Assembly (NCBI RefSeq): GCF_963921235.1
Contig: NC_086097.1
Location: 132,496,001 to 132,560,000, forward strand
Direction of reading: 5' to 3'
Source of the DNA: Mobula hypostoma
Lineage: Eukaryota
DNA length: 64,000 nt
A program made the translations under genes and the position numbers. The notes beneath the pieces are model-generated. The model made no database searches. It was not told where the DNA came from and worked only from the letters and a program-made list of their open reading frames with translations. This document shows positions 12,851 to 25,320 of this stretch, piece after piece; the stretch's first letter is position 1; each line of letters opens with the position of its first letter.

Positions 12851-13714
12851 ACAATACAACCACAATCTACAGACAATTTTTGGCACTATAAAACCTGTAC
12901 ATCTCAGCAGCATATTTGCGACCCACCTGAATTTTGGTGTACAGTACAGGACACAAAATCTGCACCTGAATTCAGAAAAGAGGTTGACAGAATATCCATA
13001 AATAATATTAATCCTTCATTTTCCTCCTTTTGCTGCCAGACTGTTATTTGTATAGGCAAGAGTGCAAAAAGGCTTAAACCTTGCCATTTCTGGAAACAGA
13101 AAGACATCATGTATAGTACCTAGATCTTTTTATTGAATTTCCAGTGTTTGGAAAGTTTACCTCAAACAACGTCAATGGGATTTAAAGAAAATCAGTAAAT
13201 GCTGGGAATGCTCAAAAACTCATAAAGCACGGGGGGAAAGAGAAACAAAATTACTGTTTCAGGCCACTCATATAAAGAAAAGTTCTGTGGATAGGTTCTG
13301 GACTTGAAAAGTTATCTGTTCCTGTCACCGTGGAAACCACCTGTCATGTTAAGTGTTTCTGACGTTTTCTGTTCTAGTTACAGATTTCCATCATCTCTAT
13401 CTTTTTGCTTGATAGTGCAAAACTTTGAGGTATGCCTGTTATATATTACAATATTAACATGGTCTGTTGAATATAATAACATGTTGGAATGAGGGTCCAT
13501 AAATCTGGGCACATGGAAAACCAATTTCATTCATTACTTACTCAATTTTCCTAAATTTATGACTGCACTTGTCCTTAAGTTCTCCTACAGCTGCCCAGAT
13601 GCATCAACACCCTTACCACTGACACGTTAATATCCCCATCACAATTGTTTGGCCAATCAACACTGGCCCAACGTGGGTTATGAAGTGGAATCGGAGTCTG
13701 ATAAGTTCCCTGGA

Positions 13715-14392
13715 AATGGTGTCAGTTAGATAGAGTGGTGAAGATGATTTTGGCATACTGGCCTTCGTTAGTCAGGGTATGAGTATAGAAGTTAGGATGA
13801 TATGTAGCAGTTGTACAAGATGTTTGTCAGGTTGAATTTGGGATATTGTGTCCAGTTTTTCTCACCTCTCCTTTAAAGAAAGAAGCCATTAAGATGAAAA
13901 GAGTGCAGGGGAGATGTACAAGGATGTACTGGTATCCGAGTGACTGAGTTTTAGAGCGAGGTTGAGCAGGCTAGAACGTTACTTATTATTGGACCATAGA
14001 GGAATGGGAGGTGATCTTATAGAGGCATATAAAATCATGAGGAGCTTAGATATGGTGGACACACATCATATCTTTTCCAAGGATTGAGAAGGCAAAAACT
14101 GGATAGTTTCGGTTTAGAGTGAGATGAGAGAGATTTAATAGGAAACCTTGGGGAATTTTTTTTTCACCCAGAAGGTGGTCTGTATATGGAATGAGCTGCC
14201 AGAGGAAGTGGTTGAAGCAGGTAAATTTTATAAAAGCACTTGACTAGGTATATGAATCAGAAAGGTTTAGAGGGATATGGAACAAATTTGCACAAGGTGT
14301 TTGTCAGGTTGCAAACTCAGACAGGTATCTAGGCCAGCATGAACCAGCTGGACTGAAGGGCCTGTTTCTGTCTTATGTGACTCCATGACTCT
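13715..14392 (+). mobile_element. CR1 3' fragment (old)
   Basis: Degenerate ...GATCTTATAGAGGCATATAAAATCATG...CACCCAGAAGGTGGT...GGAATGAGCTGCCAGAGGAAGTGG, with an ATGACTCT tail. Confidence 0.75.
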
Positions 14393-16257
14393 TTGAGAGA
14401 CCTGGGAGTTTGCGACCTTGCCTCAGAGATGGAAAGCCAGGCTACAACTTGGCCATTACCCCTGTTATAATTGGTTCCAAAATGCCTCCAGCACAATTTC
14501 TGAGCATTTTACAGCCAGATGAAGCACAATATTTACATAAATGAGATGAATGAATAAAAGGCCTTTAGCTCAGACCATGGAGCCTGATTATTGAAGTGTT
14601 CATTCACAAACCGAAAAGGCCATTTTCATGTTCTTACTGCCTTGCCAATAAACCTTAATCCCTCTAAATAAGAAATCTGTACTTCCTTTGTAAAAATCCT
14701 TCAACTGAATCCACATTCAGTGTACTTAGTGCCAATGTATTTCACAGATTAACAACCATAAATGTAGGAAGTTAGCTTAAAATAGACTTATTTTATGTTG
14801 CCTCCAGTTTATGGTAATCATAATAATTTTCTTAAGACCTTACTGTATTAACATTTTCCACCATGTTCACCTTCATGTTACATAGGAGTCCCAGGATAAA
14901 CCTGTTAAATGAAATCCCTTTTAACTCTGCTGCCTGTACTGAATCTCACCAAAGGGAACAGTTTATAAGTATAATAACCTTACAGTCTTTACGGAGGAAA
15001 GCAACAAAAATAGACTTCCTTTCAATAAAGGTTGCATCATGTGTTGCTCTTTGTGCCATATTATTAGAACATCAAACCTTTCAAAGCACACTGAATCCTT
15101 CAGGTGCTCCAGTTTCCTCTTACATCTCGGTAGGTTGTTTGGTGACTATAAATTACTCCGAGTGTAGGTAATTGGCAGAAAGAAAATGAGGGTGAGTTGA
15201 CTGGAGCATGAAAGAAAATAAGTTGAGAGGGCTGCAGGGAAATAGGGAAATAGGGAAAGAGAAAGAGACTGATGTGAATGGTCTGCAGGGAAGGGTTAGG
15301 ATTTGATGGGTTCAAAGGCCTCTTTCTTTGTGGTTCTGATCCAAGGTATCTTGCCAAATCAGTACAGACAGAGATGGTTGTAGCCGTGCTGAATCCTTCA
15401 ATGTGTAATCCAACTACTCTTATTCTCCCCTCTCTCACCATATCTCTTCTTCGCCCCCTCAAGCACTTCCTAGTTTCTGTTCTAAAAGGTGCAGGTGAAT
15501 ATACTCCCACTGTATTTTCAGGAAAAGTCTTCCAAGCAACAGGCTGCATATAATTTGCCTCAAAATTTATTTTCAGTCAGAGGCACTGAATGCTCATTTT
15601 TATAGCAACAGGTCATTATACTTCTCTTCTGAAAGTCTGTTCCATTGGACTCTACGGTAGCTGAACTAGTTGCTTTTATATGAAATGTCCAACAAGAATT
15701 CTATGCTCTGAGGCTGTGTTCTGACAGATTGACAATATAACCTATGCTTCAAACCAATAGACTGATAAATGCTCTGCAATTTAATAATAGATGATCTGAT
15801 TGTAACCTCAACTCCACATTCCTGTCTACTCACTATGACATTTGATCCTCTTGCTTATCAAGTATCCATCTACCTGCACCTTAAAGTATTCAAAGGCTTG
15901 GCTTTCACAAGAGTTTCAAGGATTCACTACTCTCTGAAGGAAAGAAGGTTGTCTAATCTCTGAATTAACAGGTGAACTTATTGTTAAATAATGACTGTTA
16001 AAATCACTCAGGATCTTATATATTTCAGTCAAGTCCCTTCTCATTCTTCTAAACTCCAGCAGATACAACCTAGTTTGTCCATCATTTCCTCAAAAGGAAG
16101 CACACCCATTCCAGGTTTCAGTCAAGTAACCTTCTCTGAAAATTTGCCTACACGTTCACATCCTTCTATAAATGAGCAGTGCTCCAGGTGGTTGTCTCAC
16201 TAATGCCCTTTATAACTGAAGGATGATCTCCATTTCCCCTAGCAATATAAATAAATA

Positions 16258-16552
16258 GGCATCTGTTAGCCTCATGAGACCATGGATTTGTGCCTTGGAA
16301 AGGTTCCAGGGCACAGGCCTGGGCAAGGTTGTATGGAAGACCAGCAGCTGCCCATGCTGCAAGTCTTCCCTCTCCACGCCACTGATGTTGTCCAAGGGAA
16401 GGGCATTAGGACCCATACAGCTTGGCACTGGTGTCATCGCAGAGCAATATGTGGTTATATGCCTTGCTCAAGGACACACTCGCTGCCTCAGCCAAGGTTC
16501 GAACTAGCGACCTTCAAATCACTAGACGAACGCCTTAGCCACTTGGCCACGC
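16258..16552 (-). mobile_element. tRNA-derived SINE inserted into a minus-strand CR1 fragment
   Basis: Minus-strand head GTGGCCAAGTGGCTAAGGCGTTCGTCTAGTGATTTGAAGGTCGCTAGTTCGAACC with A and B boxes; same head as 20971. Confidence 0.8.
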
Positions 16553-16959
16553 ACAATAGAAGAACAATATTCTGTTAGCTTACCTAATTACTTGTGATAA
16601 TTGCATACAAGCTTTTTGCAGTGGTGCAGTAGGACACTGGATCCCTTTCAGGCCCAGAGTCATAGGGTCATAAAGCACGGAATAGGTGCTTTAGACAATG
16701 TGATTCATGCTGACTGTGTTGTCCTACGAGCTAATCCTAAATACTGTACAATCACCCGTCATTTAGGGAATATACTTTTTTACTTCCCTTGCTAGAATAG
16801 ATACTTTTACATTTTTCACATTATATTTGATTTGTCAGAACCTTGAGAAACCGAGAGTAGATCAGCTATCAGCTGAAACTGTGGTTATAGTCATATAGAA
16901 GAATAGAAATGTCTGGTACAAGAATTTTGCAACATCAGCTATGGGCAGCTCTGTGTCCT

Positions 16960-17140
16960 TGAGCAGGAATGCTGGGGGAGGGTGGTCGAATCCCACTCAC
17001 AAGCTTGAGACTGAGAACTTGACTGCCTGTGAGAGCACCATACTGTTGGAGATATCAAAAGAAAAACATTAAAGTGGACCCTTGGCTAATTGCTCTGGAG
17101 AATACAAATGAACCTGAGATATCATTTTAAAGAAGAACAT
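16960..17140 (+). mobile_element. Ancient Deu-type SINE remnant (5' part); further pieces at ~18568-18740 (+), ~47590-47790 (-) and ~58130-58340 (-)
   Basis: Degenerate matches, from memory, to the Deu-SINE motifs CCCACTC...CTGTTGGAG...TTTTAAAGAAGA and GGTGTCTTGGCCAATATTTATCC...GTGGGATCTTGCTGT. Confidence 0.5.
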
Positions 17141-19224
17141 TGGAACTCAAGTTTACAGGCACAGTTAGAGTCATTGTAATGCAGCCTTTCAGTGCATTGA
17201 GTCTGTGTCAACCTTCAAGCGTCCATTTTTACTCTAATCCCACACTAATGCACCTTCCCCGCATTCCCGTCAAATTCCACACCACCCACCTTCTTAGGTT
17301 TCATTACTTCCTCATATTGTGGGACGAGTTACAATGGCCAGTTAACGATCCCACAAGCCTTTGGGATGTGGGAGGAAACAGAAGCACATGGAGGAAAACC
17401 ACATGGTCGCAGGAGAACGTGCAAAGTCCACACAGACAATGCCAGAGATCAAGGTTTTCTGGCATGACTTTTTGGAAAGTACAAAAAGTTGGCACTTCAA
17501 AGTTCAAGGTTTAAAGTAAATTTATTATAGAAATTCATATATGACACCATACACTACCCCGAGATTAATTTTCTTGTGGGCATTTGCAGTAAACATGATA
17601 GAATCAATGAGAAACCTCACACAAGATGGACAAGCCACTAACGTGCAAAATACAACAAGCTGTGCAAATACAAAAAGATAAAAAAACAAAATCATAATAA
17701 TAAATAAGCCACAAATAGTGAGAACTTGAGATGAAGAATCCTTGAAAGTGAGTCCATTTCAGAAAGCCTAGCAGCACTACATTCCTGTGAGTGGCCCTCA
17801 GAAATATTTTAGATTGGCAACCTCATAAAAATGTTCTGCTGGAGTTTATATTCAGCTTAGTTTAGAATCCCCTTCATATTTTCACCGGCTTTTTAGAGTA
17901 GCGCAGTTTTTGTTTTGAGCTTGCACAGAAAGAGAAACTGTCTGGAGTCCAGCTTAACTACTACCCATCCACCAGTAGTTACTGCTTTGCACTGCATCTA
18001 AACAGGGGAAGAAGAGGTCTCACAACACATCTTAAGTCATACAAAAAACATATAACAAGCTGTGATCAATCTCTTAGTATCAGTTAATGATGCAGAAATA
18101 TAATCAGGCTCATTTTCCAGAGCAAGGTCACATTTAATTCAATGACCAAATCTATTAAATGATGATCATAATTTGGTTGTAAGTGCATTTATGATTAATC
18201 TTAGCTGAACTAGTAGCCTTCAATGCAACTGAATGCCATCTAGCAAGCTGAATAAAAACAGCCACAGTGAAAGTAGCAAACCACACACAATGAACGCTGG
18301 CATTTAGTTAAGTAAAGAAGAATTTCTGTAACTTGACGTACAATCATCTGAGACGTAAATGGATTTAATTAGCTGCACAGATATGAGGTGGAGCATTAAG
18401 TGTGGAAGAATTGATGGAGAAGCAGGAAATGAGTACAAAGTCAATGGCAAAAGCTTTCTTTCTTCTTAGTCACTTCTCGTAGGCAGAAACATTAAAGGTG
18501 GGCTTTTCAACAGCATCTACATTAACTGTCTAGAATATAAAACTGTTAAAACGGTCATTAGAGCTGTGGTGTCTTGGCCAATATTTATCCTTCAGCCTAA
18601 TGGACTGCCTGATTATTATCGCCATCTTGTTGGTGGGATCTTGCTGTTTGAAAATTAGCTGCCACATTTCCTTCATTGCAAAGTTAGGGAATCAAAACAT
18701 GTTCATTGGCTTTGAAAGTTATGAAAGGCAACACAGGACTATTATAATAATTACACAACCAATCTTTAACCTTATTAGTAGAGGCTCCTGACTGAGTTTA
18801 TGAGGGTTCTTCCATAATATTTCTGCTCTGTGGGCAATGCAATAGCACCTTATCCACACTGCAATTTTCCATTAATTATTAGCTTATTCTGAAAGTGCAA
18901 GGGCAGGCTGAGAATGTGCTCCAGACTGATCATGCTGGCTTGTTAATAACTAAGTCTATCTCCCTCCCTAGGTCTTATCCATTAGTGACTACGAATCATT
19001 CCACTGTATAAAAAAATGAATGGACTGAAATTCTGCCTTGTGTTAAGTTTATGGAACTGATGAAGTAAAACTGTGTGTGGCCAATGGTTCTAATATTCTT
19101 AACCATAGTAAATTTCTCCCCACTATGTTGCTTATACAAAAGTTTGTTGTGTTAATAGCAAACACTTAAACTCCTTGCAGAAGCTGATTGTTAAAGATTT
19201 GACAATGAGCTCAAGGAGGTCATT

Positions 19225-19545
19225 AAGGTGGGTGGCCACTGTTCCCATTTGCCCTCCTGACCTCCCCCCCCTCCTCCTTCCTTTCCAATCAGATTCCATC
19301 AGCTGCAGCCTCTTCCTATCGCCTCCCAGCCTCTGTCACTATGTTCACTCTCCCCTCAACCATCTGCCTGTCATCCCTCTTCATCTGGATCCACTGATCG
19401 CTTGCTCCACCCTTTTCCTTGACCAATTTCTGTCAGTTATTGGCTATCTCTCCTTCATAATTTCGCCCTGATGAAGGGTCAGCCATTTATTTCCCTTCAA
19501 TGATGCTGCCTGACCTATTGTGTTTCTCTAGCATCTTGTGTGTAA
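19225..19545 (+). mobile_element. PLE terminal region (old)
   Basis: Pyrimidine-rich tract, then CCCTGATGAAGGGTC (5' half of the hammerhead), then GATGCTGCCTGACCT. Confidence 0.65.
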
Positions 19546-19568
19546 CCAAAAACTTTCTCAGTGAAATA

Positions 19569-20120
19569 CACTCAGTGGCCACTTTATTAGGTACACCTGT
19601 ACACCTGCTCATTAATGCACATAGATAATCAGACAATCATGTGGCAACGACACAATACATAAAAGCATACAGACATGGTCAAGAGGTTAATTTGTTGTTC
19701 AGACCAAACATCAGAATGAGGAATAAATGTGATCTAAGTGATTTTGCCCGTGGGCTAATTGGTGGTGCAAGACAGGATGGTTTGATTATCTCTGACCTCC
19801 TGGGATTTTCACCCAAAACAGTCTCTAGAGTTTACAGAGAATGGTGTGAGAAACAAAAATATACATGCAGTGAATGCCAATTCTATGGACAAAATTGCCT
19901 TGTTAATGAGAGAGGTCAGAGGAGAATGGCTAAACTGGTTGAAGCTGACAGTAACTCAGATAAACCTGACGTTATGACAGTGGTGTGCCGAAGAGCATCT
20001 CTGAACTCACAACATATTGAACCCTGAAGTGGAGGGGCTACAACAGCAGAAGACCATGAGCATAGACTCAGTGGCCACTTTATCAGTTACAGGGAGTACC
20101 ACTAATAAAGAGGTTGCAAT
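19569..20120 (+). mobile_element. Tc1-like non-autonomous DNA transposon with a transposase N-terminal fragment
   Basis: TA followed by TIR CACTCAGTGGCCACTTTATTAGGTAC. ORF 19641-20027 contains DLSDFARGLIGGARQDG..ISDLLGFSPKTVSRVYREW (Tc1 HTH-like). A second TIR copy lies at ~20065. Confidence 0.8.
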
Positions 20121-20383
20121 ATCTATGTTTTAAGGGAAATAGGTGATGTTTGGAGGAACTCTGGAGCTCAGGGTTTTGACCACTAGTAGTGGGGCAAGGA
20201 AATCCTTGGGATGAGGAAGAAGGCAAATTTGGAGGAATAGAGGACTGCTGTTCGCTTTGGGCAGCTACACCTTATGTGCTTCATTGGCCTTGTTCTGAAG
20301 AGGAGGGAATCAGAAGTGTCTCCTTTAATCTTCAGCTAAAGTTCAAACAAGCTTGAGGATAGAAAACGAAATCGGGATTTCAT

Positions 20384-20830
20384 ACAACATAGAGGTCTAG
20401 AATAAAACCGCACTGCCCAGACCCTTCACCCCATGATGCTGTGTCAATTTTTTAACCTGCTGTAAGGTCAATCTAACCACATAGCCCTCCAGTTTCCTTT
20501 CCATGTGCCTACTTTACAGCTTCTTATATGTCTAATAGATCTGCCTCTACCAATACCCCTGGCAACACATTACATGCACCCATCACTCTGTATAAACAGC
20601 ACCCATATAGTTTCCTCCAATCACCTTAAAATTCTGGCCCCTTATATTAGCCATTTCTGCTCTGGGATAAAAGTCTCTGGCTGTTCACTCTTTTCATGCT
20701 TCTTATCATCTAATGCACCTCTATCAATTCATCATTTGTCCTCTTTCACTCCAAAGTAAAAAGCCCTAACTTGCTCAGCCTATTCTAAGAAGACACACGG
20801 TCTTATCCAGGCAGCAACTTTGTCAACTTT
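20384..20830 (-). mobile_element. CR1 3' fragment
   Basis: Reverse complement of the CR1 ORF2 end and 3' UTR (e.g. CCTCTATCAATTCATCA..TCCTCTTTCACTCCAAAG). Confidence 0.6.
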
Positions 20831-20970
20831 AAAGGCTCCTAAAGAAAAAATACTTTTCTGTAAAAAATGCTTTGATATTGGTGGAAAGAAAATGTATCCC
20901 GCATTGACATTCACATCCTTTACAGCCTGTGAAGTTGTTTCTTGACGTGTTACCATAGGGTCATAGATTC

Positions 20971-21193
20971 AGGCACATGGCCAAGTGGTTAAGGCATTCG
21001 TCTAGTGATCTGAAGGTCACTAGTTCAGGCCTCAGCTGTGGCAACGTGTTTGTGTCCTTGAGCAAGGCACTTAACCACACATTGCTCTAGTGTCTGTGCG
21101 AGGAGTGACGCCCCACACAGACTTCCAATCTGCGCCTTGTAAGGCATGAAAATGCCTGACGCAGGCCTCTCATGGTCTGAGTCAACGTTCCCC
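20971..21193 (+). mobile_element. tRNA-derived SINE
   Basis: TGGCCAAGTGGTTAAGGC (A box) ... AGTTCAGGCC (B-box-like) ... GTGTCCTTGAGCAAGGCACTTAACC. Confidence 0.8.
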
Positions 21194-21194
21194 A

Positions 21195-22550
21195 TAGAGT
21201 CATACAGCAGGAAATCAGACCCTACGACCCAATTGATCCATTCAACCAAGGCACCCACTGTTACATATCCCATGGGTATCTTGTGACTATCTTATGAGTA
21301 TAATGTAATGGTCTTGCGGCAGTCACATGATGTAATTTTCCCGCCAGTATGAGGTCACTTGATGACCTGTTCTCAACAGGTATAAAGGAGACCCCTGGTG
21401 TGACGCAGTTAGTTTCCAGTTTAGTTCTGTGTTCGGTCGTCAGTTACTCCATTATACTGCGCATTGTCTTGATGCAGTTTTGTTTTAAAACAGAGTTTTC
21501 CTTTCTATTTTAAGGTGCAAAGATTGGTGCTCGCAGTTTTGTCTATTGTTGCCAGGTTTGTGTGTTGCATCTTTTCAGTGGTATTGGAGAGTGAAGACTT
21601 TATTAAAGGACGGGAACCTGAAAGATTGGAATAAAGTTGGAGTCATTCAGTGGCTTTATAAAGGATCGACCTTGTTGAGGATTCGTTCATAATATAGTGA
21701 CCTGTATCTGAGATAACTCCTGCAAGAGCGGGGAAGTTGTGCAGTGTTCACTCACCAGGAAAAGGTCAGTTCCTTTAAGTTGTATTATTTCCTTCGTCGT
21801 GAATCCTTTGGAGAATCAGCAGTAACGTCACGTCTTCGAAGAAATCCGTTTCCAGAGAAGTCTCTCCTTATTGACTGTGTAAAACACTTGGACTTTCAAA
21901 TTCACTATTTTAAGACTGTTTTCGAACTTACCACTTTAAGAACTGTTCCAGAGTTGCTGTATAGCAGTTAACTTCCGGTTATGTTAGTCGTTTGAATACT
22001 TTTTGCTATTTGTTGAGCAGAGTTTAATAAATGTTTGTTTGTTTTTATGAAACCTGCCTCAATTGATAATTCATTGTTGCCGATCACGTGACACCACCAA
22101 CACCAGACCCACTTGCTTGCATTTGGCCCATCTCTCTCTAAAGCTTTCCTATCCATGTACCTGTCCAAGTAGCTTTTAAAAACTCTTAAAGCACCTGCTT
22201 CAACCATTTCCTCTGGCAGCTCATTCCATATATGGATCACCTTCCTGGTGAAAATGTTGCCCATCAGTTTCATAGCAGATCTCTTGTCACTCACCTTAAG
22301 CCCACAACCCTTTAGTTCTTGATCACCATCCCCAGGAAAAGGACTGAGAGCTTTCACCCCAACTAACCCCTCATGATTTTATATATCACTGCAAAATCGC
22401 CCCTCATTTTGCTACACTTTGATGAATATAATCCCAGCCTGCTCTCCCTCTCTCCATAACACAGTCTCTTGAATCCCATTAATATCCTAGTAAACTTCCT
22501 CTTCACACATTCCAGCTTAATGCCATCTTTCCAATAGTAAGATGACCAAA
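21195..22550 (-). mobile_element. CR1 3' fragment hosting the solo LTR
   Basis: ORF 21968-22357 contains NIFTRKVIHIWNELPEEMVEAG..FKSYLDRYM; the tail lies at ~21195. Confidence 0.75.
21259..22093 (+). mobile_element. Solo LTR (835 bp)
   Basis: TGTTAC...GTGACA termini and 4-bp TSD CCAC (21255-21258 / 22094-22097). TATAAA at ~21381 and AATAAA at ~22026. Interrupts a minus-strand CR1 3' UTR. Confidence 0.85.
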
Positions 22551-23269
22551 TATTTTAAACGAGTTATCTCTGATATTCTATATGTGGTAAAGGTTGGCCT
22601 ACTGTGGAAATGATGCAATGTCTCTCAGTTCAACTGTGTGTAGAATCCCAGAGTCAGTGGGTACAGAAGCAAAGCAGTTAAGTTCCGTAACTGGTAATAC
22701 AGGGGTCTGGACTAACAAGAAATAAGTATAGAATAAAATCTGGTCTCCATGCAGCAAGTATTGGACAGTGGTAAAAAGTCATTCAGGATAACTAACTCCC
22801 AAAAGGAGAGAAAATCCATCGTCTTTACCCAGCCTCACCTCTGTATGACTATAGCATTGTGGCTCGCTCTCCCCTACCCTCTGAACTAGGCTCATTGTTG
22901 TAATGTAATAAAGACACTGCCCAGAAGAACGCAATGGTAAACCACTGCTATAGAAAAATTTGCCAAGAACAATCATGGTCATGAAAAGACCATGATAGCC
23001 TGCATCATACATCAAAGCACTTAACGAACAAATGAACAAAAGTAATAAACTCATTACAACAAACAGCAATGACTGAGGAAAATGTTTTTTTAAATGTTGT
23101 TTAGGGATAATGTCAATATGGAAGTTGGATGCATATTGACTACTCTTCTATATTTTTATTTATGACCGCTCAGCAGGACATTGTCGTCAGTTTAAGATCT
23201 TATCTTTATCTTAAATGCAATTTTAGCACTGAATTTTCCAAGGCAGGAGAACTGTTCTAAAGATAGGAT

Positions 23270-25320
23270 GATGTGTCCATGGCTGACAAGAGGAAACAAA
23301 GCCAACATAAAAGGCAAAGAGAGCTCATATAGTAGAGTAAAAATTAGTGGGAATTTCGAGGATTGGGAAGCTTCAAAAAACCAACAGAAGGCAACTAAAA
23401 TCATCATAAAGAAGGAAAAGATGGAATATGGTCAAGCTATCCAACAATATTAAAGAGTTCACCAAAAGTTTCTTCAGTTATATAAAGTGTGAAGGAGGGG
23501 CTAGAGTAGGCATTGGACTGTTGGAAAATTATGCTGGTGAGCTACTAATGGGGGACAAGGAAATGGTGGACGAACTAAATAAGTATGTTGCATCAGTCTT
23601 CACTGTGGGAGACACTAGCAGTATGCTAGATTTTCCAGAGTGTCAGGAGGCAGAAGTCAGTGAAGTTGCCAATACCAGGGAAAAGATACTTGGGAAACTG
23701 AACGGTCTGAAATTAGATAAGTGACCTGAACCAGGTGGACTGCGCCCCAGGGGTCTGAAAGAGATAGTTCAAGAGATTGGGGAGGCATTAGTAAGGATCT
23801 TTCAAGAATCAATAGATCCTGGCATGGTTTCAGTGGACTGGAAAACTGCAAATGTCATTCCACTCTTCAAGAAGGGAGAGAGGCAGAAGAAAGGAAATTA
23901 AAGGCCAGTTAGTCTCACCTCTGTGGTTGGGAAGATGTTGGAGTCGATTGTTAAGAATGTGGTTTCAGGGTACTTGGAGGCATATGTTAAAATATGGTGT
24001 AGTCTGCATGGCTTCCTTAAAGGAAAATCTTGCCTGACAGATCTGTTGGAATTTGTTAAAAAAAAATAACAAGCAGGGTAGACAAAGGAGAATTGGTGGA
24101 TGTTTTGTACTTTGAATTTCAGAAGGCCTGTGGCAAGGTGCCAAACATGAGGCTGCTTAAAAGTTAAGAGCTTATGGTATTACAGGAAAGATACTAGCAT
24201 GAATAGGTGAAAGACTGGTTGGGTTGAGGAACCAGAGAGATTGCAGAAGAACTTAAACTGATGAGGGGAATAGGGAAATAAGTGGCAGATAGAATACAGT
24301 GTCAGGAAGTGTGTGCTCATGCACTTTAGTAGAAGAAATAAAATCGATGACTATTTTCTAAATAGAGAGAAAATTCGAAATTCAGAGGTGCAAAGGGTCT
24401 TGGGAGCTCTCGTGTGGGATTCCCTAAAGGTTTATTTTCAGGTTGCGTCGGTAGTGAAGAAGGCAGATGCTTTGTTAGCATTCATTTTGTGAGGGCTAGT
24501 ATACAAAATCAAGGATGTAATGTTGTAACTTTATAAGGCAGTTGTGAGGCCTCACTTGGACTTATGTGAGGGATGTCCATATAGAACAGAAATGAGGAGA
24601 AATTTCTTTAGCCAGAGAGCGGTGAATCTGAGGAATTTGTTGCCACAAGTGGCTGTGGAGGCCAAGTCATTGTGTATATTTAAGGCAGAGTTTGATAGAT
24701 TCTTGATTAGTCAGGGCATGAAGGGATACAGAAAGAGGGCAGAAGATTGGGGCTGAGAAAAAAAATGGATCACCCGTGATGAATTGGTAGAGCAGACTCA
24801 GTGGGCCAAATGATCCAATTTTTCTCTTGTATCTTATGGTCTCATGACTTTGAAAGCACTAGAATATGAAAGTATGGATGTACTGCTGAGGCTTAATAAG
24901 TCATTATCAGTCTGTATTTGAAATCTTGTTTTGGTTCCCACATCTAAGGTAAGATGTTTTAGCCCTGGAGAGGCACCAGAAAAGGTTTTACTGGAATGTT
25001 CTCTGGATTGAAGCTCTTCACATACAAGAAGAGTTAATATTTCCAGAGTTCAGAAAGATGAGGGTTTTTTCATTGAAACCTACTGGATACTGACAGTCTG
25101 GATAGAATTGACGTGGAGAAGATGTTTCTATTGTAGGAGAAACTAGGATCCGAGGACACAGTGGCAGAATAAAGGAAAATCCCATTAGAAATGAAATTAA
25201 GAAAGACTTCTTCAACCAGAGGATAGTGAATCTGTAGATTTCTTTGCCACTGAGGTCTGTAAAGGTCATGTCATCTTGTGGATTTAAGGCAGAGATGATA
25301 GGTTCCTGATAGAGGAACAC
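23270..25320 (+). mobile_element. Two CR1 ORF2 fragments (23270-24845 with internal deletions; 24855-25320)
   Basis: KSFFSYIK..GLLENYAGEL..ELNKYVASVFT and RTEMRRNFFSQRAVNL motifs; TCTTATGGTC tail at ~24835. Confidence 0.8.

Noticed and set aside
20971..21045. tRNA-like sequence
   Set aside because: No complete cloverleaf or terminator; it runs into a SINE body, and a second copy exists at ~16480-16552.
21259..22093. Solo LTR as the missing 3' LTR of the Gypsy element
   Set aside because: It has its own TSD on both sides, the opposite orientation, a different length and no visible similarity.
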